A DNA stretch of 64,000 nucleotides from an uncultured Planctomycetia bacterium. Its GTDB lineage: Bacteria > Omnitrophota > Gorgyraeia > Duberdicusellales > 4484-171. A program made the position numbers and the translations under genes. Positions 41,900 to 51,127 of the stretch are shown one piece after another. Location: NCBI GenBank assembly GCA_964635565.1, contig CAZWON010000001.1:135020-199019 (forward strand). The letters are read 5' to 3'. Position 1 is the first letter of the stretch. Each line of letters begins with the position of its first letter. A model generated the notes under the pieces. The model was not told the DNA's origin and made no database searches. It worked only from the letters and a program-made list of their open reading frames with translations.

Positions 41900-42284
41900 A
41901 GTAAAAGTTATAACCCATTTTTCTGCTGCTCATTATTTAAAAGAGTATAAAGGCAAATGCGAAGAACTACATGGGCATAACTGGAAGGTTGAGGTTACAG
42001 TAGAGGCAAAAAAATTAGACAAGAAAGGTATGGTTATTGATTTTAAGGAGTTAAGAAGAATATTGAATGAGGTTGTTATGTATATGGATCACAAATTCTT
42101 GAATGAAATTCCTCCTTTCTTAAAATACAATACTACTTCAGAAGTTATTGCTCAGTATATATTCAAAGAATTTAAAAAGAAATTAATTAAGTATCTGAAG
42201 ATAAAAAGAACCAAAGCGATTCGGGTAAAAGAAGTATCGGTGTGGGAGCAAGGTGACTCATGCGCTATATATCGAGAAGCTTAA
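41892..42284 (+). CDS. queD: 6-carboxy-5,6,7,8-tetrahydropterin synthase
   Basis: FSAAH, C..LHGHNW, DH..LN, VWE. Confidence 0.93.
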   Translation: MFEVKVITHFSAAHYLKEYKGKCEELHGHNWKVEVTVEAKKLDKKGMVIDFKELRRILNEVVMYMDHKFLNEIPPFLKYNTTSEVIAQYIFKEFKKKLIKYLKIKRTKAIRVKEVSVWEQGDSCAIYREA

Positions 42285-42934
42285 AAGCAGTAATTTTACT
42301 TTCTGGAGGGATAGATTCTACAACAACGTTATATCTGGCGAAAAAATACGGATATAAATTAAGTGCACTTATTTTTGATTATAACCAGCGTCATAGAAAA
42401 GAGATTTTTTCTGCAGTAAAGATAGCCCGTCTTAATAATATAGTTTATCATATAGTAAAGGTTCATCTTCCTTGGACTGTTTCTGCACTTACACAGAAAA
42501 ATATAAAAGTACCTTTTAAGAGGAATCTTTATAGTAAAAACATACCCCTTACTTATGTTTCAGGACGTAACATAATTTTTTTAAGTTATGCTGCTTCTTT
42601 TGCTGAGAGCACAGGAGCAAAGAAAATTTTTATTGGAGCGCATACAGAAGATTATTCAGGTTATCCTGACTGTAAACCTCAGTTCTTTAGTGCAATAGAA
42701 AGAGCAATAAACTTAGGAATTTCCAAAAAAGGCATTGAGATTATAGCGCCTCTTATAGATAAATCAAAAAAGAGTATTATAAAGTTAGGATATAAATTGG
42801 GTGTACCTTTTGAATATACATGGTCTTGCTATATGGGGGGTCGTTTTCCTTGTAGAAAGTGTGATAGTTGCCGTTTTAGGATAAAAGCTTTTGAAAGTAT
42901 AGGATTAGAGGATCCTTTGCTTAGAAGGAAATGA
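42260..42934 (+). CDS. queC: 7-cyano-7-deazaguanine synthase
   Basis: SGGIDS, YNQRH, GYPDC, TWSCY...C..CDSC. Confidence 0.95.
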   Translation: MRYISRSLKAVILLSGGIDSTTTLYLAKKYGYKLSALIFDYNQRHRKEIFSAVKIARLNNIVYHIVKVHLPWTVSALTQKNIKVPFKRNLYSKNIPLTYVSGRNIIFLSYAASFAESTGAKKIFIGAHTEDYSGYPDCKPQFFSAIERAINLGISKKGIEIIAPLIDKSKKSIIKLGYKLGVPFEYTWSCYMGGRFPCRKCDSCRFRIKAFESIGLEDPLLRRK

Positions 42935-43602
42935 GAGCAAAAATATCAGAAATATTTAAAAGTATTCAAGGAGAGGGAATATATTTTGGCAGAGAACAGG
43001 TATTTGTGCGGTTTTTTGGTTGCAATCTTAACTGTTCATTTTGTGATACAAAGTTTTTTCATTTTAAAGATATAGAATTGGAAGATGTATTAAGGGAAAT
43101 AAATAACTATAAAATGATTTCTTCTATTGCTATAACAGGTGGAGAACCTCTTATTCAAAAGGATTTCTTAAAGGAGTTTTTCCCTTTATTGAAAAATGAA
43201 AATAAGGAAGTTTATCTTGAAACAAATGGAGTGTTGCCTGAAGTTTTAAAAGAAAAGGAAATAATCAATAATGTAGATATAATTTCTATGGATATCAAAC
43301 TACCTTCATCTACTCGCCAAAAAAGTTATTATACAGAGCATAAAGAATTTCTTAGTTTAGCGGTGAAAAAGAATGTTTTTGTAAAGACAGTTATTACCCT
43401 TGATACCTCGTTAGATGATTTTGTTTCTGCATTAAGATTAGTGAAAAGTTTTGATTGCAACATCCCTTTTGTAATTCAACCAGCTTATCAATATCAATCG
43501 ATGTTGGAGAATAAACTTATTTATTTTTATGGAATTGCTACTGATTATCTAAAAGATGTTAGAGTATTGCCCCAGATGCATAAAATATTAGGTATAAAAT
43601 AG
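42931..43602 (+). CDS. queE: 7-carboxy-7-deazaguanine synthase (radical SAM)
   Basis: SIQGEG, GCNLNCSFCDT, TGGEP, ETNG, PQMHK. Confidence 0.93.
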   Translation: MRAKISEIFKSIQGEGIYFGREQVFVRFFGCNLNCSFCDTKFFHFKDIELEDVLREINNYKMISSIAITGGEPLIQKDFLKEFFPLLKNENKEVYLETNGVLPEVLKEKEIINNVDIISMDIKLPSSTRQKSYYTEHKEFLSLAVKKNVFVKTVITLDTSLDDFVSALRLVKSFDCNIPFVIQPAYQYQSMLENKLIYFYGIATDYLKDVRVLPQMHKILGIK

Positions 43603-44448
43603 ATGAAAAAGGTAGATTTAGAAAGAGTTGCTTATTGTCTGGCTGTAAAGGCAAATGTTAATTTGCGTAAAGATTGTCTTTATCTTCTTAAGAAAGCTTA
43701 CCTTCAGGAGAAAAAACCACAGCCCAAAGAGGCTTTAAAAATCATTCTTGATAACGCCTATATTGCTTTCCAGAAGAAAATCCCTCTTTGTCAAGACACA
43801 GGCCTTCCTTTAGTGTTTGTTAGAGTCCCTAAAAATATGCAATGGAACAATACGTATATAGAGAAGATAAATAAAGGCATAAAAAATGCTTATAGTAGAA
43901 ATTGTTTCCGTTCTTCCAGTATATATCCTTTTTCTAATAAGAGTATGTTTAATCCTAAAATTATCCATGTAGAATTTACTAAGAATAGAACATTCTCTCT
44001 TATTGTTTTTCCTAAAGGCTTTGGCTCTGAGAATAAATCAACTCTTAGGATGTTTAATCCTACCGTTTCAACAAGGAAAATTTTTGATTTTATTGTAGAT
44101 TCTGTTAAAAAGGCAGGGCCAGAAGCTTGTCCTCCTTTTTTTATAGGGATTGGTATAGGGGGTACTTCTGATTATGCTCTTTTTCTTGCTAAAGAGGCAT
44201 TGCTGGAAAGAATGGATAGGCCCAATCGTAATAAATTGCTTAACTTATGGGAAGAAGAACTTTTAAAAAGAATTAATGAAATTGGTATTGGACCAATGGG
44301 ATTAGGGGGAAAGTTTACTGCTCTGGCTGTAAAAATAAAAATGTTTACTACTCACATTGCGGGTTTACCTATAGGGGTGAATATAAGTTGCCATGCTTTA
44401 AGGAGCGCATCATTTTCCGTAAATATAGAGAAAATTAAAGTGGTATGA
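43603..44448 (+). CDS. Class I fumarate hydratase/tartrate dehydratase alpha subunit
   Basis: PLCQDTG, KGFGSEN, ACPP, GPMGLGG, HIAGLP, SCHA. Confidence 0.88.
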   Translation: MKKVDLERVAYCLAVKANVNLRKDCLYLLKKAYLQEKKPQPKEALKIILDNAYIAFQKKIPLCQDTGLPLVFVRVPKNMQWNNTYIEKINKGIKNAYSRNCFRSSSIYPFSNKSMFNPKIIHVEFTKNRTFSLIVFPKGFGSENKSTLRMFNPTVSTRKIFDFIVDSVKKAGPEACPPFFIGIGIGGTSDYALFLAKEALLERMDRPNRNKLLNLWEEELLKRINEIGIGPMGLGGKFTALAVKIKMFTTHIAGLPIGVNISCHALRSASFSVNIEKIKVV

Positions 44449-44975
44449 AAAAATCAATAAAATTAAATACTCCTTTAACTTATAAAGAAATTAAAAAGCT
44501 AAGGGTTTTTGATAGAGTAGAGCTTACAGGTTCTATCTATACTGCCCGGGATAGAATCCATAAGGAACTAATTAAATTAATAAGTAAAAAGAAAAATCTT
44601 CCTCTTAGCCCTCAAGAAGCAATTATTTATTACTGTGGCCCTACTTTTTGCAAAAAGACAGTTACTTCTTGTGGTCCCACTACATCCCTACGAATGGATG
44701 AGTTTATAGAGCCTCTTATTAAGATTGGTTTTAAAATAACTATTGGTAAAGGAAGAAGATCGCCCAATGTAAGAAGACTTATAAAGAAATATAAAGGAAT
44801 TTATTTTGTAACATATGGAGGATGCTCTGCTTATCTTTCCCAATTCATAAAAGAATACAGAACAGTAGCCTTTCCTCAGTTTGGACCAGAAGCAATTTAT
44901 GAATTCAAAGTTAAAGGTTTTCCTTTAATTGTAGCCATTGATTCTTACGGCAAAGATATCTATTCTTATCTTTAA
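44445..44975 (+). CDS. Class I fumarate hydratase/tartrate dehydratase beta subunit
   Basis: TARD..H, YYCGP, GPTTSLRM, IGKG, FPLIVAID. Confidence 0.88.
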   Translation: MKKSIKLNTPLTYKEIKKLRVFDRVELTGSIYTARDRIHKELIKLISKKKNLPLSPQEAIIYYCGPTFCKKTVTSCGPTTSLRMDEFIEPLIKIGFKITIGKGRRSPNVRRLIKKYKGIYFVTYGGCSAYLSQFIKEYRTVAFPQFGPEAIYEFKVKGFPLIVAIDSYGKDIYSYL

Positions 44976-45195
44976 TATTAGAAAGTAACACTATGGGATA
45001 AAAATTTTATTTTGTGTATCTAAAGGGCGCTTTTTAAAATTGCTATATAGGAAGATTTCTACTCTTATTTGTTCTATAAAAACTTTACAGAACTAAAGAA
45101 CTGTGAGCCATAAGCCACAAGTTAAGAGCTATGGAGGAAGCGGTATAATTTTTGGAGACAGAAGCGTTAATATGTTAACTTAGGAGGAGGTAGAA

Positions 45196-45435
45196 ATGTT
45201 AGAATGGGGAATGTTTTTTGTTTTTCAGGTAGTAATTATCCTTACGGTAAGCTTCTTTATTCTTTTAGGAGTAACTCACACAGAGTCAAAAGGACTACGC
45301 GTGTTTGGTAGAATGCTTGCTTTTACTCTTTGGATATTAGTTATCTATCTTGTTACAACTTCTTTTTATAGCCAATACTTATGTAATAAATACCTTCATA
45401 AAGCCAGTTATAGGTGTTATCATCGTATAAGATAG
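45196..45435 (+). CDS. Small hypothetical two-TM membrane protein
   Basis: Strong SD AGGAGGAGG; two hydrophobic segments around TESKGLRVFG. Confidence 0.7.
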   Translation: MLEWGMFFVFQVVIILTVSFFILLGVTHTESKGLRVFGRMLAFTLWILVIYLVTTSFYSQYLCNKYLHKASYRCYHRIR

Positions 45436-45481
45436 TATAAAATATAGGTATCTTTAAGTTAAGAAAAAGTAGTTATAGAAA

Positions 45482-46348
45482 GTGTTGGAGCATTTTAAAA
45501 GAGATACTTTAAGGGCCCAGAAGAGTGAGATTGCTGAATACTGGATATACCGGAAACTTTCTTCAGTAATAAAAAATGAACATAACCGTCGCCTCTTACA
45601 GGAAATCTCTGAGGATGAAAAGAAACATTATGAGTTCTGGAGAAAGGTGACCGATATTTCTCTTAAACCTTCTTATCTTAAAGTTTGGTATTATGTTTTA
45701 GTATCTCATCTTTTTGGTCTTACTTTTGGAATAAAGCTAATGGAAAGAGGGGAGGATTTAGCTCAAGATACTTATAAGAAGTTGAAGGATGTTTATTTTC
45801 CTGTCGAGGCTCTTATAGAGGACGAACAGCACCATGAGAATGAACTCATTGCCCTTATAGATGAAGAGCGTCTTAAATATGTAAGTTCTATAGTCTTAGG
45901 TCTTAATGATGCTCTGGTAGAGCTTACAGGGGCACTTGTAGGGTTAACTTTAGCCTTACAAGATACTCGTCTTGTGGGTATTGTAGGATTAATTACAGGC
46001 ATTGCTGCATCATTGTCTATGTCTGCTTCAGAATATTTATCTACAAAACAAGAAGATACTAAAAAATTTCCTCTGAAGGCAAGTTTTTATACTGGTTTAG
46101 CTTACATTATAACTGTGTTTTTTCTTATTACCCCTTATTTTATTTTTAAAAATATATTTTTGTGTATGGGCCTTGTCCTTTTTATGGCAGTGCTTGTGAT
46201 TTTTATTTTTACTTATTATATTTCAATAGCAAAATCCCTTTCTTTTAAAAAATGGTTTCTTGAAATGGCAGGTATAAGTTTAGGCATTGCTGTAATTAAT
46301 TTCTTTATTGGTCTGATTATAAGAAGTGTATTTAGTGTGGAAACATAA
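45482..46348 (+). CDS. Rubrerythrin/ferritin-like domain fused to VIT1/CCC1 transporter domain
   Basis: Two E..ExxH motifs (DEKKH, DEQHH); VIT1 motifs LGLNDAL and SMSASEYLS. Confidence 0.85.
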   Translation: MLEHFKRDTLRAQKSEIAEYWIYRKLSSVIKNEHNRRLLQEISEDEKKHYEFWRKVTDISLKPSYLKVWYYVLVSHLFGLTFGIKLMERGEDLAQDTYKKLKDVYFPVEALIEDEQHHENELIALIDEERLKYVSSIVLGLNDALVELTGALVGLTLALQDTRLVGIVGLITGIAASLSMSASEYLSTKQEDTKKFPLKASFYTGLAYIITVFFLITPYFIFKNIFLCMGLVLFMAVLVIFIFTYYISIAKSLSFKKWFLEMAGISLGIAVINFFIGLIIRSVFSVET

Positions 46349-46406
46349 TCTAGTATTATAAGAATGAGTTAATTTTTTAAATATTAAGCAAAGAAAGGAG
46401 GCAGTT

Positions 46407-46733
46407 ATGGCAGAGAAAACATCTTTAGGAATACCAGAAAACATTGAGGCTTTATTGTGTTATGTTTTGGGATGGATAACAGGACTTATTTTTATTCTTA
46501 TTGAAAAAGAAAACAAGTTTGTTCGTTTCCATGCTTTTCAGTCTCTAATCACATTCCTTTCTTTTATGGTTATTATGTTTATTTTTATGTTTATACCTCT
46601 TTTGGGTTGGATTATGATTATTTTTTTATATATTGGCGCTTTTTTCTTTTGGGTAATAGGAATGGTTAAGGCATATCAGAAAGAAAAATTTAAATTTCCT
46701 CTTGTTGGTGATATAGTAGAAAAATACATCTAA
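46407..46733 (+). CDS. DUF4870/Tic20-like small membrane protein
   Basis: ENIEALLCY..GWITG, FVRFHAFQS, KFPLVG; SD AGGAGG. Confidence 0.8.
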   Translation: MAEKTSLGIPENIEALLCYVLGWITGLIFILIEKENKFVRFHAFQSLITFLSFMVIMFIFMFIPLLGWIMIIFLYIGAFFFWVIGMVKAYQKEKFKFPLVGDIVEKYI

Positions 46734-46741
46734 TTAGCATT

Positions 46742-47599
46742 CTATTTAAAAAAAGAAGAGCCATCGCAGATATGCGTATTTAGCTTTTCTAATCCTTCCC
46801 GGCAGGAAGAAAAAGCTAGTTTAAAAGAAGAAGCCTCCTCTTTTACTGCAAGGATAAGTTTTTCTCTAATTTCTTTAGGCAAATAAATATACCTACCTTT
46901 TTTTTCGCCCTTTTTAAGATAAAGATTTTGCCATAAGCTTTTATGTTTGCTGAAAGCACTCATCATTCTTTTTAAATTATCAGGCTTTGCTTTATAAGTA
47001 GAAGTGATTATTTGTCTTATGCCATTATTTCTTAATTCTCTTATTATATCTTTAATATTCTGAGTATTTAGAGGGTAGATTAAAGGGTCAAAACGGCATA
47101 CTACTGTGAATTTTTTTGCCAGTTTTTCTATAGCCTTAAGTCTTCTTTTAGGGGAAGGGGCTTTTGGTTCAAGTTTTTTTGCCAAAGTCTTATTAAGGGT
47201 AGTAATTGTAAAGCTGATAATAACATTTTTTATCTCTTTTAAAATATCAATATCGCTTATTATAAAGTCAGATTTTGTTACTAACATAATCTTGACATTG
47301 TAATCTTTTAATATTTTTAGAGTATGCCGTGTAAGTCTTAAGTTTTTTTCTAAAGGTAAATAAGGGTCTGAAGAACTTGCTATTGTAATATAACTGTTTT
47401 GAGGCAATTGTTTTATTTCCTGTTTTAATCTTATGATAAAGTTCTTTTTGGGTCGAGAATTAAAAAAATTAAGGATATATGAAGAGGCATAGCAATAAAG
47501 ACAATTATGTCCACAGCCTGTATAAGGAGATAAACTATATTTTGGAGGACAGGTGCACAGTTTACTCTGCCAAGGGTCAAAAGGAGTAAATATGTTCAT
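46742..47599 (-). CDS. Spore-photoproduct-lyase-like radical SAM protein
   Basis: PYTGCGHNCLYCYA, SSDPY, VTKS, EP.AP.P..RL, RFDP. Confidence 0.82.
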   Translation of the reverse strand: MNIFTPFDPWQSKLCTCPPKYSLSPYTGCGHNCLYCYASSYILNFFNSRPKKNFIIRLKQEIKQLPQNSYITIASSSDPYLPLEKNLRLTRHTLKILKDYNVKIMLVTKSDFIISDIDILKEIKNVIISFTITTLNKTLAKKLEPKAPSPKRRLKAIEKLAKKFTVVCRFDPLIYPLNTQNIKDIIRELRNNGIRQIITSTYKAKPDNLKRMMSAFSKHKSLWQNLYLKKGEKKGRYIYLPKEIREKLILAVKEEASSFKLAFSSCREGLEKLNTHICDGSSFFK

Positions 47600-47605
47600 A
47601 AAACC

Positions 47606-47634
47606 ATTTTATGATTATAAAAAGCTAACTTCAA
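47606..47634 (-). promoter_or_regulatory. Sigma70-type promoter for the radical SAM gene, predicted leaderless
   Basis: Minus strand TTGAAG-17 nt-TAAAAT, then 6 nt to the ATG at 47599; no SD. Confidence 0.55.
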
Positions 47635-47673
47635 CATTTTTTTAATAATGAATAAAAATAATAGTTAAATTTC

Positions 47674-47702
47674 TTGACACAAATTTTTCTTTATGTTATT
47701 TT
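47674..47702 (+). promoter_or_regulatory. Sigma70-type promoter for the TPR gene
   Basis: TTGACA-17 nt-TATTTT with extended TG; ATG 9 nt later; no SD. Confidence 0.55.
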
Positions 47703-47711
47703 AAATTTAAA

Positions 47712-48539
47712 ATGAAAATTTCTTTATATGTAATAGCTTTCAGCATATTCCCCTTAATGGCTTTTCCTCAGCAATCATTAAAAGATGATTTAAGAAAACA
47801 GGCGTGGGAGTATCGGAAGGAAGGTTACCGCTTTCAGTTAAAAGGAGATCTTAAAAAGGCACTGAGCTGCTATCAAAAGGCTACAGAGATTGACCCTCAG
47901 AATGCTGAAGTATATAACGATATAGGTGTAGTATATGAATCCTTAGGGAACACACAAGAGGCTTTAAAGATGTACAAAAAGGCGATAAAGATAGATGCGG
48001 ATTATTTACCTGCCTATACAAATCTTGCTTTGCTTTATGAATCTTTAGGAGATATTAAAAAGGCTACTAAATATTGGATAATAAGGTATCGAAAAGGCGA
48101 CAGAGGAGAATACTGGCGTAATAAAGCAAAAGAAAAACTTCTAAAATTAGGGACATACGAAGAAGTAAAAAAAGATATTCTTGAGAATGAAGCCATTGAT
48201 TTATCGAAGGAGATTATTTATAAAAGAGAACAAGAGCGTTTAAAGAGAACAGAAGAAGCACGTGTGCATCTTGAGATAGGCATTGGTCTTTTTCAGCAGG
48301 AGGATTTTTTCGGAGCCTTGAAAGAGTTAAATACAGCGCTTCGTTTAAAACCTTCCGATGAACATCTTAGAGAACAAATCTATGATTTTTATGTAACTGC
48401 CAAACGCGCTTATACTAAACAGAAAGTTAGGCAATATATAGATGAAGCAATGGGTTATATAGACAAAAATGATTATCTTGCAGCATCAAAAAAGATAGAA
48501 GAGGCTTTATCACTGGTATTTTCCTTCTTAAGAGATTAA
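47712..48539 (+). CDS. TPR-repeat protein with probable signal peptide
   Basis: TPR patterns (YNDIGVVY, YTNLALLY); hydrophobic N-terminus. Confidence 0.85.
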   Translation: MKISLYVIAFSIFPLMAFPQQSLKDDLRKQAWEYRKEGYRFQLKGDLKKALSCYQKATEIDPQNAEVYNDIGVVYESLGNTQEALKMYKKAIKIDADYLPAYTNLALLYESLGDIKKATKYWIIRYRKGDRGEYWRNKAKEKLLKLGTYEEVKKDILENEAIDLSKEIIYKREQERLKRTEEARVHLEIGIGLFQQEDFFGALKELNTALRLKPSDEHLREQIYDFYVTAKRAYTKQKVRQYIDEAMGYIDKNDYLAASKKIEEALSLVFSFLRD

Positions 48540-48577
48540 CCATCCCTATATTTTTATGAACATTTGTTATATCCTCA

Positions 48578-51115
48578 ATGCAAAATAAAATACTTTATCT
48601 GGTCGATGGTAACTCTTTAGTCTACCGCTCTTTTTATGCTTTAAGGCTCTCTACATCTAGTGGTTTTCCTACAGGAGCAATCTATGGATTTTTAAATACT
48701 TTAAAGAAAATAAAAGAGAGGTATCAGCCAGACTATATGGTAATATGTTTTGATGTTTCCCGCAAGACGCACCGCCAAGAAAGATTTAAAGAATATAAGA
48801 TTCAGAGACCCCTTATGCCCGATTCCCTTAAAGTACAAATTCCTATTATAAAAAAATTAATTACCTATTTTGGAATGGAGATTTTGGAAAGAGAAGGATA
48901 TGAAGCAGATGATTTAATTTTTTCTTTAGCAATTAAAGCCTATGAAAATAAGTGGAAAGTCATTGTTGTTACTTCTGATAAAGATATGTATCAGCTAATC
49001 ATAGATGATAATATTTGTATCTATAATCCTTCCAAAGAAGCTGTTTACAATTATAAACGATTTGTAGAAGAATTTGGTTTTTCTCCCCATAACATTATAG
49101 ATTATCTTTCTTTAGTAGGAGATAGCGTAGATAATATTCCCGGAGCTAAGGGTATAGGAAAGGTTAGCGCTGTCAACCTGATAAAGAAATTCGGCACAGT
49201 AGAGGAAATGTTTGCTAATTTAGATAAAATACCACCAAAGATTAGGAATATTCTAGAAAGAAATAAAGAAAATATTTTTTTAAGTAAGGATTTAATTAAA
49301 CTTACTCAGATACAAGATTTTGATTACACTCTTGAGGAATTTAAAATAAAAGCCCCCGATTATGGAAATATACATAGGATATGTAAGAAATTAGAGTTTA
49401 AATCGCTCCTTAAAGGACTTCCTTCAACAGAGCTTAATATTAAAATAAATCTCAAACAGGGTTTATCATCTGATTTTGAGAAAAGAATATTATCAAAGGG
49501 GATATTTTTCCTCTATGCTTTTGAAGAAAAATATTATGTTTTTGACGAGGATAAAGAAATTACATATATATGCAACCTGCAAGAGATAAAAAAGTTTTTA
49601 ATGAGCGAAGAGATAGAAAAAGTATCATATGATTTTAAATACTTATATCACCTTGTTAATGGCGACATTACTGTAAAAAAAGCATGGTTTGATACTAAGA
49701 TAGCTGCTTATCTTCTCGACCCTTCTTTAGGAGATTACTCTTTGGATAATCTCTGTGCACACTTTCTTAATGTATATGTAAAAGAAGTTCCTATTGAATC
49801 ACGGGTGTATTTTATTTTCAAGTTATATAAGCTATTGGCGCCAAAAATAGAAAAAAAGGGGTTGGATGTTTTATTTTTTGAGATAGAAATGCCCCTTATA
49901 GAGGTTATTGCCCAGATGGAAAAGACAGGAGTTACCATTGATAGAAAGGCTTTAGAAGATTTTAACAAAGAAGTGGATAAAAGAATTAAGGATATATCTT
50001 CACAAATATTTAAGATAGCAAATACTGAGTTTAATCTTAATTCTCCCGTCCAGTTGCGTAAAGTTCTATTTGAAGATTTAAAACTTCCTCCTCAGAAAAA
50101 GACCAAAACAGGGTATTCTACAAATGAAGAGGTTTTAAAAAAGCTTTCTCGGGATTATCCTATTGCTAAATTATTTTTGGATTATCGACAATTTAGTAAA
50201 CTGAAGTCTACATATCTTTCTCCTTTTATACAAGGAATAGATATTAATTCTTCAAAAATTTATACTAAATTTAATCAAACAGCTACTCAGACAGGAAGGT
50301 TAAGTTCTCATTCACCTAATTTGCAAAATATACCTATAAAAGAAGATTTTGCTCAACAAGTTAGAAAAGTTTTTGTTCCTTCTTGCAAAGATGGTTGTAT
50401 TTTATCCAGCGATTATTCCCAGATAGAGTTAAGAGTGCTTGCTCATTTCTCGCAAGAAAAGAAATTGATAGAAGCTTTTAATAACAATATAGATATTCAT
50501 GGTTATACTGCGTCTATTCTTTTCTCCAAAGAAACAACTGAGGTTACACAAAAAGATAGGGAAATAGCCAAAAGGGTTAATTTTGGTATTATCTATGGGA
50601 TGAGTTCTTATGGTTTAGCGAAGGAATTGGATATTTCGGAAGAAGAGGCGCGTCAATTTATAGAGAATTATTTTTTACGTTATCCTAAAGTAAAAGATTT
50701 TATAGATAGAGTTATTAGAGAAGCAGAATCTAAAGGTTATGTGAAAACACTTATGGGAAGGATTCGTTATCTTCCCAATATAAATAGTTCTAATTATGAA
50801 TTAAGAGAATTTTCCCGTCGGCAGGCTGTTAATGCTCCCATTCAAGGCACGGCAGCAGATATAATAAAAATGGCAATGGTAGCAATATTCAAAGACTTTA
50901 GGAAAAGCAAGCTTTCTTCTCATCTTATTCTTCAAGTGCATGATGAATTAGTGTTTGATGTGGAGAGGAAAGAGTTAAAAAAAGTAGTTGACATTGTTAA
51001 GGATAATATGGAAAATATTATCAGCCTCAGAGTTCCTCTCATTACAAATCTTAAGATAGGAAGAAATTGGTTGGAACTTAAGCCTTTATTTTCCAATAAT
51101 GAAATTTATGAATAG
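48578..51115 (+). CDS. polA: DNA polymerase I
   Basis: 5'-3' exonuclease DGNS/EADD/GDSVDNIPG; TGRLSS, DYSQIELR, NFGIIYG, QVHDE. Confidence 0.98.
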   Translation: MQNKILYLVDGNSLVYRSFYALRLSTSSGFPTGAIYGFLNTLKKIKERYQPDYMVICFDVSRKTHRQERFKEYKIQRPLMPDSLKVQIPIIKKLITYFGMEILEREGYEADDLIFSLAIKAYENKWKVIVVTSDKDMYQLIIDDNICIYNPSKEAVYNYKRFVEEFGFSPHNIIDYLSLVGDSVDNIPGAKGIGKVSAVNLIKKFGTVEEMFANLDKIPPKIRNILERNKENIFLSKDLIKLTQIQDFDYTLEEFKIKAPDYGNIHRICKKLEFKSLLKGLPSTELNIKINLKQGLSSDFEKRILSKGIFFLYAFEEKYYVFDEDKEITYICNLQEIKKFLMSEEIEKVSYDFKYLYHLVNGDITVKKAWFDTKIAAYLLDPSLGDYSLDNLCAHFLNVYVKEVPIESRVYFIFKLYKLLAPKIEKKGLDVLFFEIEMPLIEVIAQMEKTGVTIDRKALEDFNKEVDKRIKDISSQIFKIANTEFNLNSPVQLRKVLFEDLKLPPQKKTKTGYSTNEEVLKKLSRDYPIAKLFLDYRQFSKLKSTYLSPFIQGIDINSSKIYTKFNQTATQTGRLSSHSPNLQNIPIKEDFAQQVRKVFVPSCKDGCILSSDYSQIELRVLAHFSQEKKLIEAFNNNIDIHGYTASILFSKETTEVTQKDREIAKRVNFGIIYGMSSYGLAKELDISEEEARQFIENYFLRYPKVKDFIDRVIREAESKGYVKTLMGRIRYLPNINSSNYELREFSRRQAVNAPIQGTAADIIKMAMVAIFKDFRKSKLSSHLILQVHDELVFDVERKELKKVVDIVKDNMENIISLRVPLITNLKIGRNWLELKPLFSNNEIYE

Positions 51116-51127
51116 AAAGAGGGTATA

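Noticed and set aside
41892-43602. queDCE as a 7-deazaguanine DNA-modification system
   Set aside because: No dpdA/tgt-like or restriction genes nearby; queH in the window favours ordinary tRNA queuosine synthesis.
45055-45066. ATTTCTACTCTT resembles the 5' part of a Cas12a repeat handle
   Set aside because: Single copy, the closing GTAGAT arm is absent, and there are no spacers or cas genes.
45166-45180. TATGTTAA resembles the XerD arm of dif
   Set aside because: No XerC arm at the right spacing, and gene orientation does not switch here.
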